The notes beneath the pieces are model-generated. The model saw only the letters and a list, made by a program, of their open reading frames with translations, was not told the origin of the DNA and ran no database searches. A stretch of DNA of 64,000 bases from Phoronis australis (lineage: Eukaryota > Animalia > Phoronida): positions 131,828 to 195,827 of the forward strand of contig NMRA01000393.1 of the NCBI GenBank assembly GCA_002633005.1. Direction: 5' to 3'. A program made the position numbers and the translations under genes. Positions 49,201 through 61,983 of this stretch are shown one piece after another (position 1 is the stretch's first letter; each line of letters starts with the position of its first letter).

Positions 49201-52200
49201 ATAATTATCCTGATGATGTCTAATGAATAGACGAAACGTTGAATGAACAGACGAGCTTTTTTATTTGTGCGGCGATTGTCTGTTTTTTTAATCTTACTAT
49301 GCTCAAAAACTGATGCAATGGACTAGTGTTATGTGCTGCTTGTTGGCCATAGACGAGAAATCCGTTTTCTCGCGCGCACTGTGAGAATACGCTATTCACA
49401 AAAATGTACCTAATTTTCACAAGTTCTCGTTACGTATACTTACGAGTACTATAATGTTGAAAAATTAATTGCATGTAAAAACTTTGTATATGACAGCTTC
49501 TCTGCGAAATGGGAAAATTTAATTGTTCACGTTAAAGGAGAATGCCACCCAAAAACAACATATTTTGTATCAATTTAGATCGAGTAGTTCTACTCGATAA
49601 CGGCACGTTAGGTTGCGTTACTTGACACATGACGGCAGAAGGAGGTGTTGAAATTATCCAATGACGTCATTGGTTTCACGCGCAGTCTGTTCAGCAGTTC
49701 ACAACACCGGTTACTGGTGTCAGCTTATCGCTTGAATTCATCGTTTAACCGATAAACCGTCAAACTTCGATGTAAAACCCTTAAAAACATACCGAGTTCT
49801 TATAAAAACGTGTTGTGTTATTTCGCTGTTACGGATTTATTGGTATTTGGACACACCGTAGCCTATTAAGTTCGGCAGGCCAATTTACCAAGGTCCGTGT
49901 AGCAGGGGTTTCGGGTCTGTTCGGAGATAGATTCGAAGTATTCTTCCGTGAAATACAGACAGGAGAACCTAGATCTGTGTTGTTTAAACTTGTGAGTTTT
50001 TTTTAGTTCTAAACACACAGAACGCTTTTACGGAACCGATCAGGCCCGTCGCGACGGGACTGACTCGTTATCCCGGTCAGTGGCTCGGAACCCGATCAGG
50101 CCCGTCGCGGCCGGCGAGACTGGCACGAACATAAACCAGCTTGAGTTGGAAACTAAACCTCCAATCACGAAAAGACTATAATAGTGAGCCAAAGAAATAA
50201 TGTGCACGTAATTATTCATGTGAATTAGTCACGAAACTGAAAATCTACTTACTTGTCGGGGCCGCGAAGTAGGGTTCCCCTTCCACAGACCGTCAGGGCA
50301 AAGGTTGTACAGTAACAATGGTTTGAATAATGTATTTGTATTTCTAAATAAAGATTCCCCTAACATGTGACCATAGCATATAAAATCGAGTAATTGTTTT
50401 ACAACAGCTTTCTGTCAACAAACACTGAATTAGCATGAGCTCACACGGCCTCGGTGCCCGGTCAATTACCTTTATTGCCGGCATCAAAAGCCGGGAACGC
50501 AGTGGCCATTGCTGACTTCTCAACATTTGCACTCACGAATACTGCAAATGCATTACAAATTGTATCTAATGAGACAGACTTTGTTTCAGTTTTATATAAG
50601 CATTTGTTAGGATGAGAACAATTCATTTTGAAACAGAACGCAAAATAATTAACGTCTACATGGCAACTCGCCCGACGCCAATCCCGACTTAGTCAAGAGC
50701 TCATCCGTCGAAGACTTCACTGGTCGGATCGTTAGGTTTCACTGGCTATCAGTTCGAACCGGAATACACTGATCAAGAAATTCTAGAGGCACCGTGAACA
50801 TGCACAGGCAACGGATCGTATGGATAGTTCTTTGGTAAGCCGGAATTCGTCAGAGAAATCATTGTCGACGAAAAGCCGGCCACAGACACGGAGATGTTTC
50901 ACGGCCTCATACTAGCTATTAACAGTATACCTTTCATTCTTCAATACGGCGAGCCACTTCCTAAGTATTTCGGGCTCTCGAGGAAGTTGAAAAAACGATA
51001 TACCCGCTTTCTTCGCAGCTTCATAGTTCGGACAAGCTGGAACGATGCACCGCAACATAGCGGCAGACGAACCACTGACGTCTCTGCGTCGTTTCTCACC
51101 TTCCTCACAGGTTAACGCGACACCTCTCGGTAAAGTGAGGTCGACCGTATAAGGTGGCACTGAATAGTTAGGCTGCAGCCACGGCCAATTTGCACTGCCA
51201 AAATATTAAAATTTTGGGGTAGGCCAAGTTTGGAGGCATTTTGTAGGTGGGCATTGCATGTAGGCTCAGTGAATGTGGTTTGTTTGCATTTGTGAACATG
51301 CTGAGAAAAAAGGCCACTTCCTCGGCTGTATCTGCACTCTTCTTCAAGATGGAGGCCCCCGGTTGCAATTGTGCATTGCTGAGTACCGACTGAGAAATTG
51401 GCTGCGATTTTAAGCAGCCCTCAAACAAGCCAGAATTGCCAAAAAAATTAGTTGGTTGACAGTTCTTTTGGACCACATTTTCGGAATCTGTAGGAAATTT
51501 GCTTTCAGAATCTGTTGTTGGTTTTAGTCGTGCATTGGCAGGGATCGGTGTTTTTGGGGTGAAAAGTGCCAATTTTGCACTTTTTGCTCCTATTATTCTT
51601 AGTCTAGCTTGGTTTTCAGTGGGATTGAATGGGTCAAAAATACAAGAGAGAATAAAGTTTCTGCGCTCATCTGCAGGGCGTTTTATGTGAAATAACTGAA
51701 AACATGTCATTCTTTGCATCCTGTTGTTGACAGAGTGAAGAAAAGGTGATAAATCAAGTGATGTGGGTTTTGCTGGACAAAACCCAGTGAGAACTGTTCT
51801 GTGCCTCCTAAGAGGCGATGTGGATATAGACCGCTTAAGACAGTAAAAAATACTAATTAAATCGGGTGGCATTCTCCTTTAACTCCATGTAGCAGTTATT
51901 TTTTGAATACGAGATACAAGAATGGTCTCTCCTGAGGTGTGCATGCGTGAATGAATGGGTGTATTTGTTTGTTTGTTTGTTTTTTGTACTTGTTTATAAA
52001 TGATAATAAATGCCTGAAAGCCAATTCACTGCCGTCTTCAGGGACCCGTTTCAAGAAAAGTGACCTAGCTGAGATAAATATTAAATTTCAAACGATTTTA
52101 AAATAAAACTTATATTGTTTCAGCTCCGTTTTAAGAAAGAGATCTTCAGTTTGACTAAGTTTTTGATTTTGTCTTAATTTCGACCGGATGTAGAAGTCTC

Positions 52201-52929
52201 AAAGTTTCCCGAAAGTTGAGACACATCTGACAAACGTTAGACTTCAGTAAAAATGATCGTAAGTCAGTCTCTTGGAAGGGGCTCCTGATAAGAGTTTACA
52301 AATTTAAGTTCAAAAGTGAGCTGTCAGTTCGCACGAGTGCAACACAGAGTAACTGACTATCCAGTATGAAGCCGAAGGAAATGTCATTACTAGTTAGCAA
52401 AGTTCTCATTGGAGGTCGTTACTGCTCGACTGTGGTTCGTAACGAATGGCAGCACGCGGTTCAAAAGTCTAATTAATTAATTAAATTAAGAAGTGTGAGA
52501 AACAATAACAGCTCCAACATGACTCATTTTGGGCACTGACATATCTCGCATTCATTAAAGCATTTTTTGCCGATGGACTTTTTTCCATGATATATCAATC
52601 AAGGATTAGAAGGGATCACATGGCAACATTTTTTAAGATGTCTTGCTTTCAAGCAAACAGAACAGTTAAACCTTTATAAACGCACAGATTTCGACGCTCA
52701 TGTCGCTTAAGTTAATAAAAACATCACTTTCGACGCAAATTATAGAAGGGGGAACGCCGACCTTTCTATATGGGTAATAATGAAAGGTCTACCTGCCAAA
52801 CTCTCGCACTCCTGTAATGCCTCGGAGCAAACATTTGAGACGTAACTTCTCCAGTGGATCTGTCGTTTTATCAAAAGCTTCCTGGAGCATCTTCTTCCTG
52901 GCTTCCTCATTGCTTGCGCTATCTGCCAT
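43294..52929 (-). CDS. CAPSL: Calcyphosine-like EF-hand protein (CAPS/CAPSL family), 5 coding exons, 194 aa
   Basis: Minus-strand exons 52929-52793 (MADSASNEE...[23 protein letters not shown]), 46504-46333 ([14 protein letters not shown]...[12 protein letters not shown]), 46073-45965 ([31 protein letters not shown]), 44111-44047 ([14 protein letters not shown]), 43395-43294 ([33 protein letters not shown]). All phases agree. The symbol gives the family only; orthology is untested. Confidence 0.92.
48545..48769. repeat. Degenerate ~24-25-bp minisatellite
   Basis: TTGGACCAGTGTT(G)TATGCTGATTG variants; one more unit near 49320. Confidence 0.8.
48770..49270 (-). mobile_element. 5'-truncated Penelope-like element with inverted terminal copy and two hammerhead-like cores
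   Basis: Arms 48770-48893 and 49135-49270 are inverted; each has CTGATGA-T-GTCTA(ATGAA)TAGAC-GAAAC; the middle encodes [21 protein letters not shown] on the minus strand. Confidence 0.8.
49536..51878 (-). mobile_element. Kolobok-type non-autonomous DNA transposon with THAP remnant, in intron 1 of the calcyphosine-like CDS
   Basis: Perfect 15-bp TIR AGGAGAATGCCACCC; TTAA at 49532-49535 and 51879-51882; THAP-like [11 protein letters not shown]...[22 protein letters not shown] at ~50850-51058. Confidence 0.88.
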
Positions 52930-53215
52930 CTTTTCGCTTCACAAGAATGGGTAGGAAACACGCACACGTAGACGCCCAAGCACTCACGAATAAAGCCGGT
53001 ATAGATCTCGAGTCCTTCTTGTATGTGATGGGTTATGAGTGGCCCTTAACTGAAACCTTAGTTCGAACAATGGACTATAACAAGTTTTGACCGGGGACGC
53101 CAGCTCATTGGTTGGAATCATGATTATGATTATATAATACTAGGGTCACCGTGAGTGAACGCTCCTTGATGGTTGATTCAGTGTCTTTTGCACCTGTAGT
53201 CCGGGCCTGATTACC

Positions 53216-53229
53216 GTTGCTATAGTTAC
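53216..53229 (-). promoter_or_regulatory. Candidate RFX X-box (GTAACTATAGCAAC) upstream of the calcyphosine-like gene
   Basis: Imperfect palindrome fitting the X-box consensus, about 290 bp upstream of the ATG. Confidence 0.55.
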
Positions 53230-54789
53230 ATAAGTATTCATTATTGTTCAGTGCCCTCGAGCCCATGTATGCACACCTAAGTTTAGAACTTTTAGTCATA
53301 CCGGATAGTTACGAGTAAGCTGAAAGGTTTCTTTGATCAATTCCCAAAATAATCAACAAATTGCAGCTGTATGCCAAAGATGCATTATAGCCTACTAAAA
53401 TGAAAATAAATGTGGCAGCCTTTTCAATGCACGTTAACCTTGATTATAGGTTTACTCAGTAAGGTTGCCGCTAAGCTCCGGGCTTCGAGTGAGCAGATAC
53501 AGCAGGTACATGTAATGTGAGTGAGATATGGGGTGGATACCCAGCTTTGCCGGATTATTGTGTATATTACAGCTCTGGTATAGCCTTATTGTCATTTCTG
53601 ATAGTCGTCTCACAAAGCAAATATTTTACTGGAACCCGCTCACGTACAGAAAGGGCAATTGGTCAAAAAAGTTTAATGAGGTTGATCATATTGAAGCATT
53701 TCATTAAAAGTCAGCTTGTGATCTGGAAATGCCAAAATGAAACTGATGAATGTTTCAGAGTCTGAATGGAGGGCGGAAATTTTGAGTAAACCCAAACTAA
53801 GAATTTATAAATTATTTAAAACTAATTATCAAACAGAAGTTTATTTTAAAATGACCATATCTTGAGAAAAGAAGTTCACCTGTTCTCAATTTAGATGTCA
53901 GTGGAGTCTTGCCGCTGAAAGCAGAATTAAACTGGTCGCTTCGGTATTTTTACTCTGGTTGAGGAGTGTTTGTTTGATTCTTGTACTGCCACATGCATAG
54001 AGGATAAAACACATTTCCTTTGTTCCTGCGATGTCCGTAGGCCTGCACTGATCTCAGAACCGGGTTATTTGCAGAGGTCATGCTGGTCTGGCCCTCAGAA
54101 TTACTCTGTTTTCTTGATGACTAACACCACTGTGAATAAATTAGTCATCAGTTTTATTTATAATGCATTTCTCAGGCGAAAATAGTTGTTAATTACAACT
54201 TAGTTAATAGTGATTGCGAAGGTTGGTGACTTATAAGCTCAAGTTGTGACTGGGTAACAATTACATGTTTCTAAAATAGATGATTGCTGATTAATTGGTT
54301 GTAAGTTGCGACCGTTTTAGAGCGAATATGAAAACGATGATATATGCTTGTCTGTCGTTTTGCTGTGTATGAGAAAAGCATTAAGCTTATGAGACGGTCT
54401 CGCATCCTGGTGTGAAACTATCCCAGCCTAGTCCCCAAGCTGTTTAGCCATTTGTAACTTGGTTAGGGGAATTACCTTCTGCGCAATGATTAGCCGCTCC
54501 CTTGACGTCATTAAAAACAGTTTTTAATTTTTTTTTTTTTTTTTTTTTTAATTNCACGTGTAATAAGACAATGTAATTGGCAATATCTTTTCATCCCAAA
54601 GTACAGTATTTATGTTCTACATATGCGCAAATTGTCTACCACGTTGACTCTTACCTATTTGCATTATTAATATCACATCCGTAGTACGCCTATCCATTTC
54701 ACTTTTTAATGTTACTAATCCATCAGTTTCTATTTGCAAGATTTATCCTAACTCAATGTAGTTAAATTAGTAGTGGTGGGAATTTTCAT

Positions 54790-57700
54790 GCCTACCCTAG
54801 TGTTCATAGCTTTTGTCCTTACTTCATTACTTTTAGTCTATTCACACACTTGTATATACTTCTTTTTCTCTTGTTAGATAAGCATGTTAAGTATGAACTG
54901 TATGAACCTACTCAGTTTTTAACTTAGACAAAGTAATTATAATTGTCCGGGTGTCTGGAAAACAAAAATGCCTCATTGCTTTTCGCCTGTTACGCTCGAC
55001 CTCACTTTTCTACTACGAAAACAATCCCGAGCTGCGTACTTACGTAATGCTCGCTGCACAATGAAGAACTCATGTTATGATATCAGAGTTATCATTGAGC
55101 AAAGCCTTTTGACTGCTGGTGACATAGAGGTCAATCCAGGACCAGGCACTCAGGGTTTAGCCAGCTTCAAGATTAGGTCTTATTCACTAATATCAACAGT
55201 ATCAAGTCGAACAATCTTTCAATATTTGAACTTCTCAAGCAATTTATTACAACGACCAATTACATGGTAATTGCTATATGCGAATCCGGAACACTGTCCG
55301 AAGACAACCTCAGTGCACTTACTATTCCAGAATACAACATTGCCTACCAACGGCGGGAGGGAGTTGATCTTGTTTGTCCACAACTCCGTAAATTACAAAA
55401 CAATCGATGATAAAATTATACAATCAATGAATAACTGTTGGATTGAACTTTATGTCAACCACAAGAAGGTATATTATGGTTTTTCTATCGCCCACCCTCA
55501 CAGACGTCCCATGAAAGGAAAGCATATTTCAAAACCTTTTCAGAACAATTGCAAGAACTCTCACAAACTAATAAAACAATTGTTATCAACGGGGATTTCA
55601 ACGCAAGAAATAGTACTTGGTACTCAGAAGACAATGACAACCAAGCCGGTCTCGAATTATTCGATACTCTCCTCACGAATGACTGTATACAACTAATAAA
55701 CGAGCCGACACGTTTAACAGAGTATTCACATTCTTGCCTTGATTTATGTATTATAAACAATCTCGGATTAATTGAATGCACTTCTGTAAGGTGTCCCATT
55801 GGTAACTCAGACCACCACGTTACATAAACAACATTCACACTTAACTGCGCACCTAAAGAACCGGACATTATGAAAAAGATCTGGAATTACAACCTCATTA
55901 ACATGGACAAACTGCGCTCTGACATAACCACATTTAACTGGACTGAAATACTTAACAAAAGTGACATAAAAGACGCAGTTTTAATATTCACACAGTCACT
56001 TTTCAACATACTAGATAATAATATCCCATAAACTATGAAAACAATAAAAAACAAGAACAAACCGTGGTTTAACAATAACATGAAGTCTGAAATAGATAAA
56101 CGAAATAAACTGACTGTACAGAACGTTCAGAAGATCAAATAACCCATGCACGTTCAAGCGCTACAAAGAACAGTGCAAGAGTGGGAAGAACTAATTAAAA
56201 AGACTTGCAAGAGTGTGGAAGAACTAATTAAAAAGACAAAACAAGACTGTAAGATGAAAGTTATCTCCAAAATCAAAAATGTCTCCAAAAATTCTTAGGA
56301 ATATTGGGAGATAGTGAACAAAATTTGAGGACAGGTAAAGTAATCATCGTACCCCACCATCCACTCAAAGGAATCCTACTCTCAGGCGTCATCCAAAGCT
56401 GATAAAAGTAAGTTATTTCTAGACTACTTCACCGTCAAGAGTCACATTGCACCAACAATAAACTATCCAGAATTCCCAAACAGAACATTAGAACACCTCT
56501 GAAGTCAGACAACTACTAGAAAACATTGACGAAAACAAAAACGACGGTACCAGTCTCATAACCAATAAAATGATCAAGAAAATAGCAAGAGAGCTTACAC
56601 TTCCTCTGACAACATTATACAACAAAATACTACAATCTGGAAAATTTCCCTCGAACTGGAATCTTGGCGTTATGATACCAATACACAAAAAGAACTCCAA
56701 AACAGACAATGCCAACTATCGCTCCTTAACTCTACTTAACTCCTTATCCAAAATTTTAGAAAAAAATCATTTCTCAACGCATGTTTGACCACCTCTCTTC
56801 ACAAAACCTCATATATCGTCGCCAATTTGGATTCATGCCTGGTAACAGCACTGTGTCCCAACTTACAGAAATTGTACACGATATCCACCTCCAGTTTGAG
56901 CAAGGTTACAACGTGAGATCCGTATTTTTAGACATTGCGCCAGCTTTTGATGTCGTTCCCCATGACCTGCTTCTACATAAATTACAATCTTACGGTTTCT
57001 GAGGCACTCTCCTCTTACTTTTAAAATCATATCTAGAAAATTGAACTTACAAAGTCCGAATTGAGGGTGTCTTATCACCTTCATCAACGCCAGGTTTCGT
57101 AGATGCTGGAGTACCACAGGGTAGCGTACTAGGCCCCTTACTCTTTTTACAGTACATCAATGATCTTCCAGACACAATAAACTCTAAAATATTCTTATAT
57201 GCTGATGACACTGCAATTTTCCACCCATTCTCAAAAGAGAATCCCCATGACTCCTTACAATTGCAATCTGACCATAACAAACTCTATGACTAGTCTTACA
57301 AATGCAAGATGAAATTTAAACCTGAAAAAAGTGTTGATCTTATATTTTCGAAGTCTAATAATACTCATCATGTTTCCAAACATATCCGACGCTGGAATTA
57401 TCAATCAATGGGGAAGTTATTCCCAATGAATTGACGCACAAACTTCTTGGCTTGCTACTCGACCATAAGCTTACATTTACTCCTCATTGTCGCGAACTCG
57501 TTCATAAAGTACAAAAATTAGAGTTATCTCTCGTCACCTCAACTCCATGCATCAAGAAACTCTGTTCAAGTCTTTTGTACTTCCACATCTAGATTACTGT
57601 GACATAATCTACCAATCGGCAAACGCTGGCATACTTCTTCAATTAGAAAGACTGCAATACCAAGCAGCTTTAGCCATAACAGGTGCATACAAAGGATCCA

Positions 57701-58621
57701 ACACAATCAAGGTTCTAAATAGTCTCACCTCAGTGGAGCAAACTACCAACCCGTCGTAAACTACACCTGTCCATTTATAGATTCAAAGTCTTAACCAACA
57801 TAAACAATTACTCTAACAAATTCCTCCTTGACTCCTACAAGAGACCAAGCACGAGACTAGGACTGCGGCAAAGTAATATACACACTATTCCATCTTACAT
57901 CAGCGAAACCTTCAGGAGATCAACGATATTAACTAGTATTGACAACTGGAATTCCTTACCATTCAAAATCTAATAAAGCACTTCAATCGTCACTCTCAAA
58001 AATAACTTTAAAGTGCATACCACTACTCAAGACTTTCCAGTCCCATTGACATCATTCCAACTTCCTCGCAACCATGAAATAACCCTATGCAGATCAAGAT
58101 GCGGTCTATTCCTAAACAACGAGAAGTTTACACATAATTTTAATAATATTTCGCCTCTGTGTTCCTGTGGAGACATATCCTCATGTTTTCTTTGCTTGTG
58201 AGGTATGCAAGGAGCAGAGGGTACAGCTTTTCCAGACACTCGAACAATACCCCAACGTTTGCAAAAAAATATTCTGAAATTCCGCAATTGTACAACAAAA
58301 TTATTTTTTTCTATATGGATGTCAAAAACTCAACCCAAATGAAAATAAGGTTACATTTGAAATAGTATCAGAATTTCTTTATAACATTAAATCTCTTTGT
58401 GTGAGTGGATAGAATTGTATACGTGTATGAAAATGAATTATTTACATTCGTAACTATATCATTGTAATCTTAACTTCAGTTTTTTATTTATGTATTCGCG
58501 TATTATAATTGTATATAGACTTCTTTGTATTTTTTTAACCCAGATCTTATGCCTCTTTGCGCTTTCTGGGTTATGTATATTCTTTGTATTCTGAAGATTT
58601 CGTAATAAACATTAAAAAAAA
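54790..58621 (+). mobile_element. Decayed near-full-length CR1/L2-group LINE (2A motif, APE endonuclease, RT)
   Basis: [71 protein letters not shown]; many stops and frameshifts; 3' AATAAAC and A tail; 5' boundary approximate. Confidence 0.93.
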
Positions 58622-60184
58622 TTGTTTGAAGAATTGATTAAACACATGACACTTTTCGTTATTGACAGTTTTTGTTCCGTCTCGTTCATATGTTCGGAAT
58701 AAAACTCTACACTCAACGGAAGATTGATGAAGTAACTGACCAAGAGACATGCTTAAAAGGTCCACGATATTTCGAAACATACTTGTTTCATTCTCAAGTG
58801 GAAATAAAATGACGCAGTAATGCCACCACAGACCATAAGCTGGAGCCATACACAGTGGGACACGGCAGGTGTAAAATACTCCAAAGAATGACAAATGAAG
58901 GGGGTAACAGGAAAGTCACGTGAACAAGTGTAACGTGGCGCGACCCTGTTTGCTGCTCATTCAAAACGGGCTTCTTAAATGCAATAAAAAGGGACTCCAA
59001 TAAAGGTTGTTCGCATACTTATTTTCAATTCTATTTTATTAATAGTTTCATAGAAACTAATCCGTTTTCGAATCAAAATACATCATTTTTGCGATGGTTC
59101 AGACCTAAATTGCTGCAATATACCATTAGTTTTCATTCTTATATTATGCTGCAGAAAATTTCAAGGTTATATTATTAGTCATATTCCGGCGTTTTCCGAC
59201 ATACTTGATTTCCCACCTCTCTACAGTCTCTGTTTTCCATAACCAAGCCTCAAATGGCGTTTTGTTCGCTAGTTCCCGCGTGTCCACTGGAGGGTAGACA
59301 CGCAGATGTTATTCAGCAGCACACGTTTTATCACTACCACCTCGGCAGTCATTGGTTAGCTTTACAATAAAGAAAGAAAATGGCGTGCCGAGAACGATTT
59401 TTAGCCTCAGGCTATCAACATATGATTTTGCGAACCGAAGTTTTCTCTCTACTGCAAATATTTCTCTTCTACAGTAATATATAGTTTAATCATGTTTAAT
59501 GTCTATTGTTTCTGTTTAATAACCGCGTATCCGAATTAATCAGTGTGTTATTCATGCTGTGTGAATACAGGGCAGCAACTTAAATAAAAGTCAGTGACAG
59601 TAGAAAAATGCACACGGAAAAGGCACAACCACAACTTTCCCATTCACATTTCTTGAACATATTCCCATTAAGCACCGATTTGTCTGTACAACAGTCCACA
59701 AACTATATCTACATAAGTTTTCACTTCCTCCATCAGTCATGCCAGTTTGCTTACGTAAAGCGTTTCCTGTTGACAATTCAACCAGCTGGACTCAGAACAA
59801 AAAATTCCCGGGGTAAAATTAAATGATACCTGCGCGTCCTCAACCCCCCAGCGGACACTCAGGGAACCAATGAGCAAATGGCTAAACCGACCAGCGCCAT
59901 CTTGAGGCTTGGGTACGAGGCCCACGAAGACGACCACCAGGTAGCGCAGTGTCTTTGATTGGCCAATGAAATCCAGAGTGTTTATGTTCTCCGTAACCAC
60001 ATTTTTTCTGCGGAAGAATTTTCAGTTTAGTAGTAGGGGAAATGGCCTGAGTTGCTGTTGCGGATAAAAGGATAATGCCTGTAAGTGTTAATTTGATTTT
60101 ATTAGGAAAGTGGCGTTTAGGGGCCACAATACGTTATGGATTCCTAAGTACAAACTCTCCTCCGTGGGAAGTGGGAACACAATT

Positions 60185-61046
60185 CGTCAATCACAGACGT
60201 CCTCAGCTTCGTCCGCAATACTATTTACACTCCCGACCAGAAATTTCACGGGTGCTTCACTTCAGCCGTCCATGTCAAACACAAAACTCAATAAATTTAC
60301 GCAAAACAGGGTTTCAACAAACCATTATTAACTGTTCTTTCTTCTAATACCCTTCACGGTGTCCTGCTCCAGCCAGACCGCAACAAATTCGCGGTCAAAG
60401 CACAAAAATGTTCCCAAAAAGCCCACGCATCGAGCCTCTTTGGACGGCTCATGGTCAAGTACGGTATGGAATTATCCTATGAGTTACGGATGGACGGCAG
60501 TGGCCGGTTCATCACGGAAGCTTACGAAATATCTAGTGTTGGTTATCTCGTGACACTCCGTGACAAATCGGTAATTGACCTATCGCCAGCATTTTGAGTG
60601 ACGGCTTAACTGACCATTTAGAACGCAGCGTGATTGACACACCTTCGTTTCCAAGCTGCCATTTTACCCGACAAACAACGCGCTGCTGGGTAAAACTTAT
60701 TGTTTGTTAGTCGACATTACGCAAGGGGTCGGAGCTTGCGATAGGTCAATTGCCGTACCGTCCTTGACCTCAAACCGTCCAAGGAGGCACTATGCGTGGG
60801 CTTTTTGGGAACATTTTTGTGCTTTGACCGCGAATTTCTTGTGAACTCTGTGAAGCAAGACACCGTAAATGGTATTGGGAGAAAGAACAATTCCTCATGG
60901 TTTGTTGAACATCTGTTTTGTGTAAATTTATTGAGTTTTATGTTTGATACGGACGGCTGAAGTGAATTACCCGTGGAATTTCTAGTCCGGAGTGTCATAC
61001 CTTGTAGTATTATATATAGTCAGTGTTTTGGGGACGATCAGAAGCT
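60185..61046. mobile_element. Foldback element with ~300-bp imperfect TIRs
   Basis: 60185-60480 inverted at ~60750-61046; the same pseudo-peptide NSRSKHKNVPKKPTH appears on both strands. Confidence 0.8.
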
Positions 61047-61142
61047 GAGGACGCCTGTGTTTGTCAATCACTTAATGTCGCTGTTGGGAAACATGAGACT
61101 GCGAGCCTTTCACTTGACATTTGCTGATGATGACGAATGCAG

Positions 61143-61558
61143 CACTGTTGCAGCCCAAACTGATATCTGCACCAAACTGGTTTGCCACGTTGCAATTTGT
61201 CGCGGGATGGTGAGCCAAACTGATGGCTGCGCAAAACTAAAGCTACCGTAAGTTTCCAAATTACTTTCAATGGTTTATGATTTTTTAACGGCTTTCAACT
61301 GGAATTGACGGCAATGAGTGCGTCGTTGTGTGTAATGGTGTCACATGACACTTCCATGTGACTTGCCTACACAAGCACCCATTGTTGTCAATTTTGGATT
61401 CTGAAAAGTATAAAAAATCCATAAACCACCTGCAATAATTTGGGAACTTACTGTACCTTTAGATTGGCGCACAGGCATCAATTTGGCTCATTGACCTACC
61501 CAAACTGAAGTGCGCCTAATCAGGTTGTTGCAGGCATCAGTATTGGCTGCAACGGCAT
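61143..61558. mobile_element. Degenerate MITE with ~130-bp TIRs
   Basis: GTTGCAGCCCAAACTGATATCTGCA... inverted as ...TGCAGGCATCAGTATTGGCTGCAAC. Confidence 0.6.
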
Positions 61559-61983
61559 TACCCTGGTTGGCTATAGTGGTCCTTAATTTTGAGAACTAGC
61601 CATTCATTGAAATAACAGATCCATTATTTAGCACGAAACTGGTTCTCTAAATGATGGACCACAACCCGACCAGTGCGTCCAGGTCTCTCAATACATGTAG
61701 ATGATAAACAACACCAGCAACTTTGCTCACCTGAGGGTATAGATTCCTGTGCCTTTTGAGAGGGGAATTTTCTGGGTGAGGGGATAATCTCTTGACCTGG
61801 TTGTCATCAAGTCCACCCACTGTAACTAAATCTAACACTTTGTCCTCGTTTCAAATCACAGTCTAGGTAGGGGTCCAGCGCAGTTGGAGAGCTGGGTGCC
61901 TTGAATGCAAATGGGCTCTGCACATATCTCAGGTCTGTGACAAAATGAATTGTGAGTATTTCAACTCATGAGGTGTTGAGGTG

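Noticed and set aside
51168-51872. 234-aa minus-strand ORF
   Set aside because: Begins inside the Kolobok TIR and has no recognisable domain; treated as TE-internal and probably non-coding
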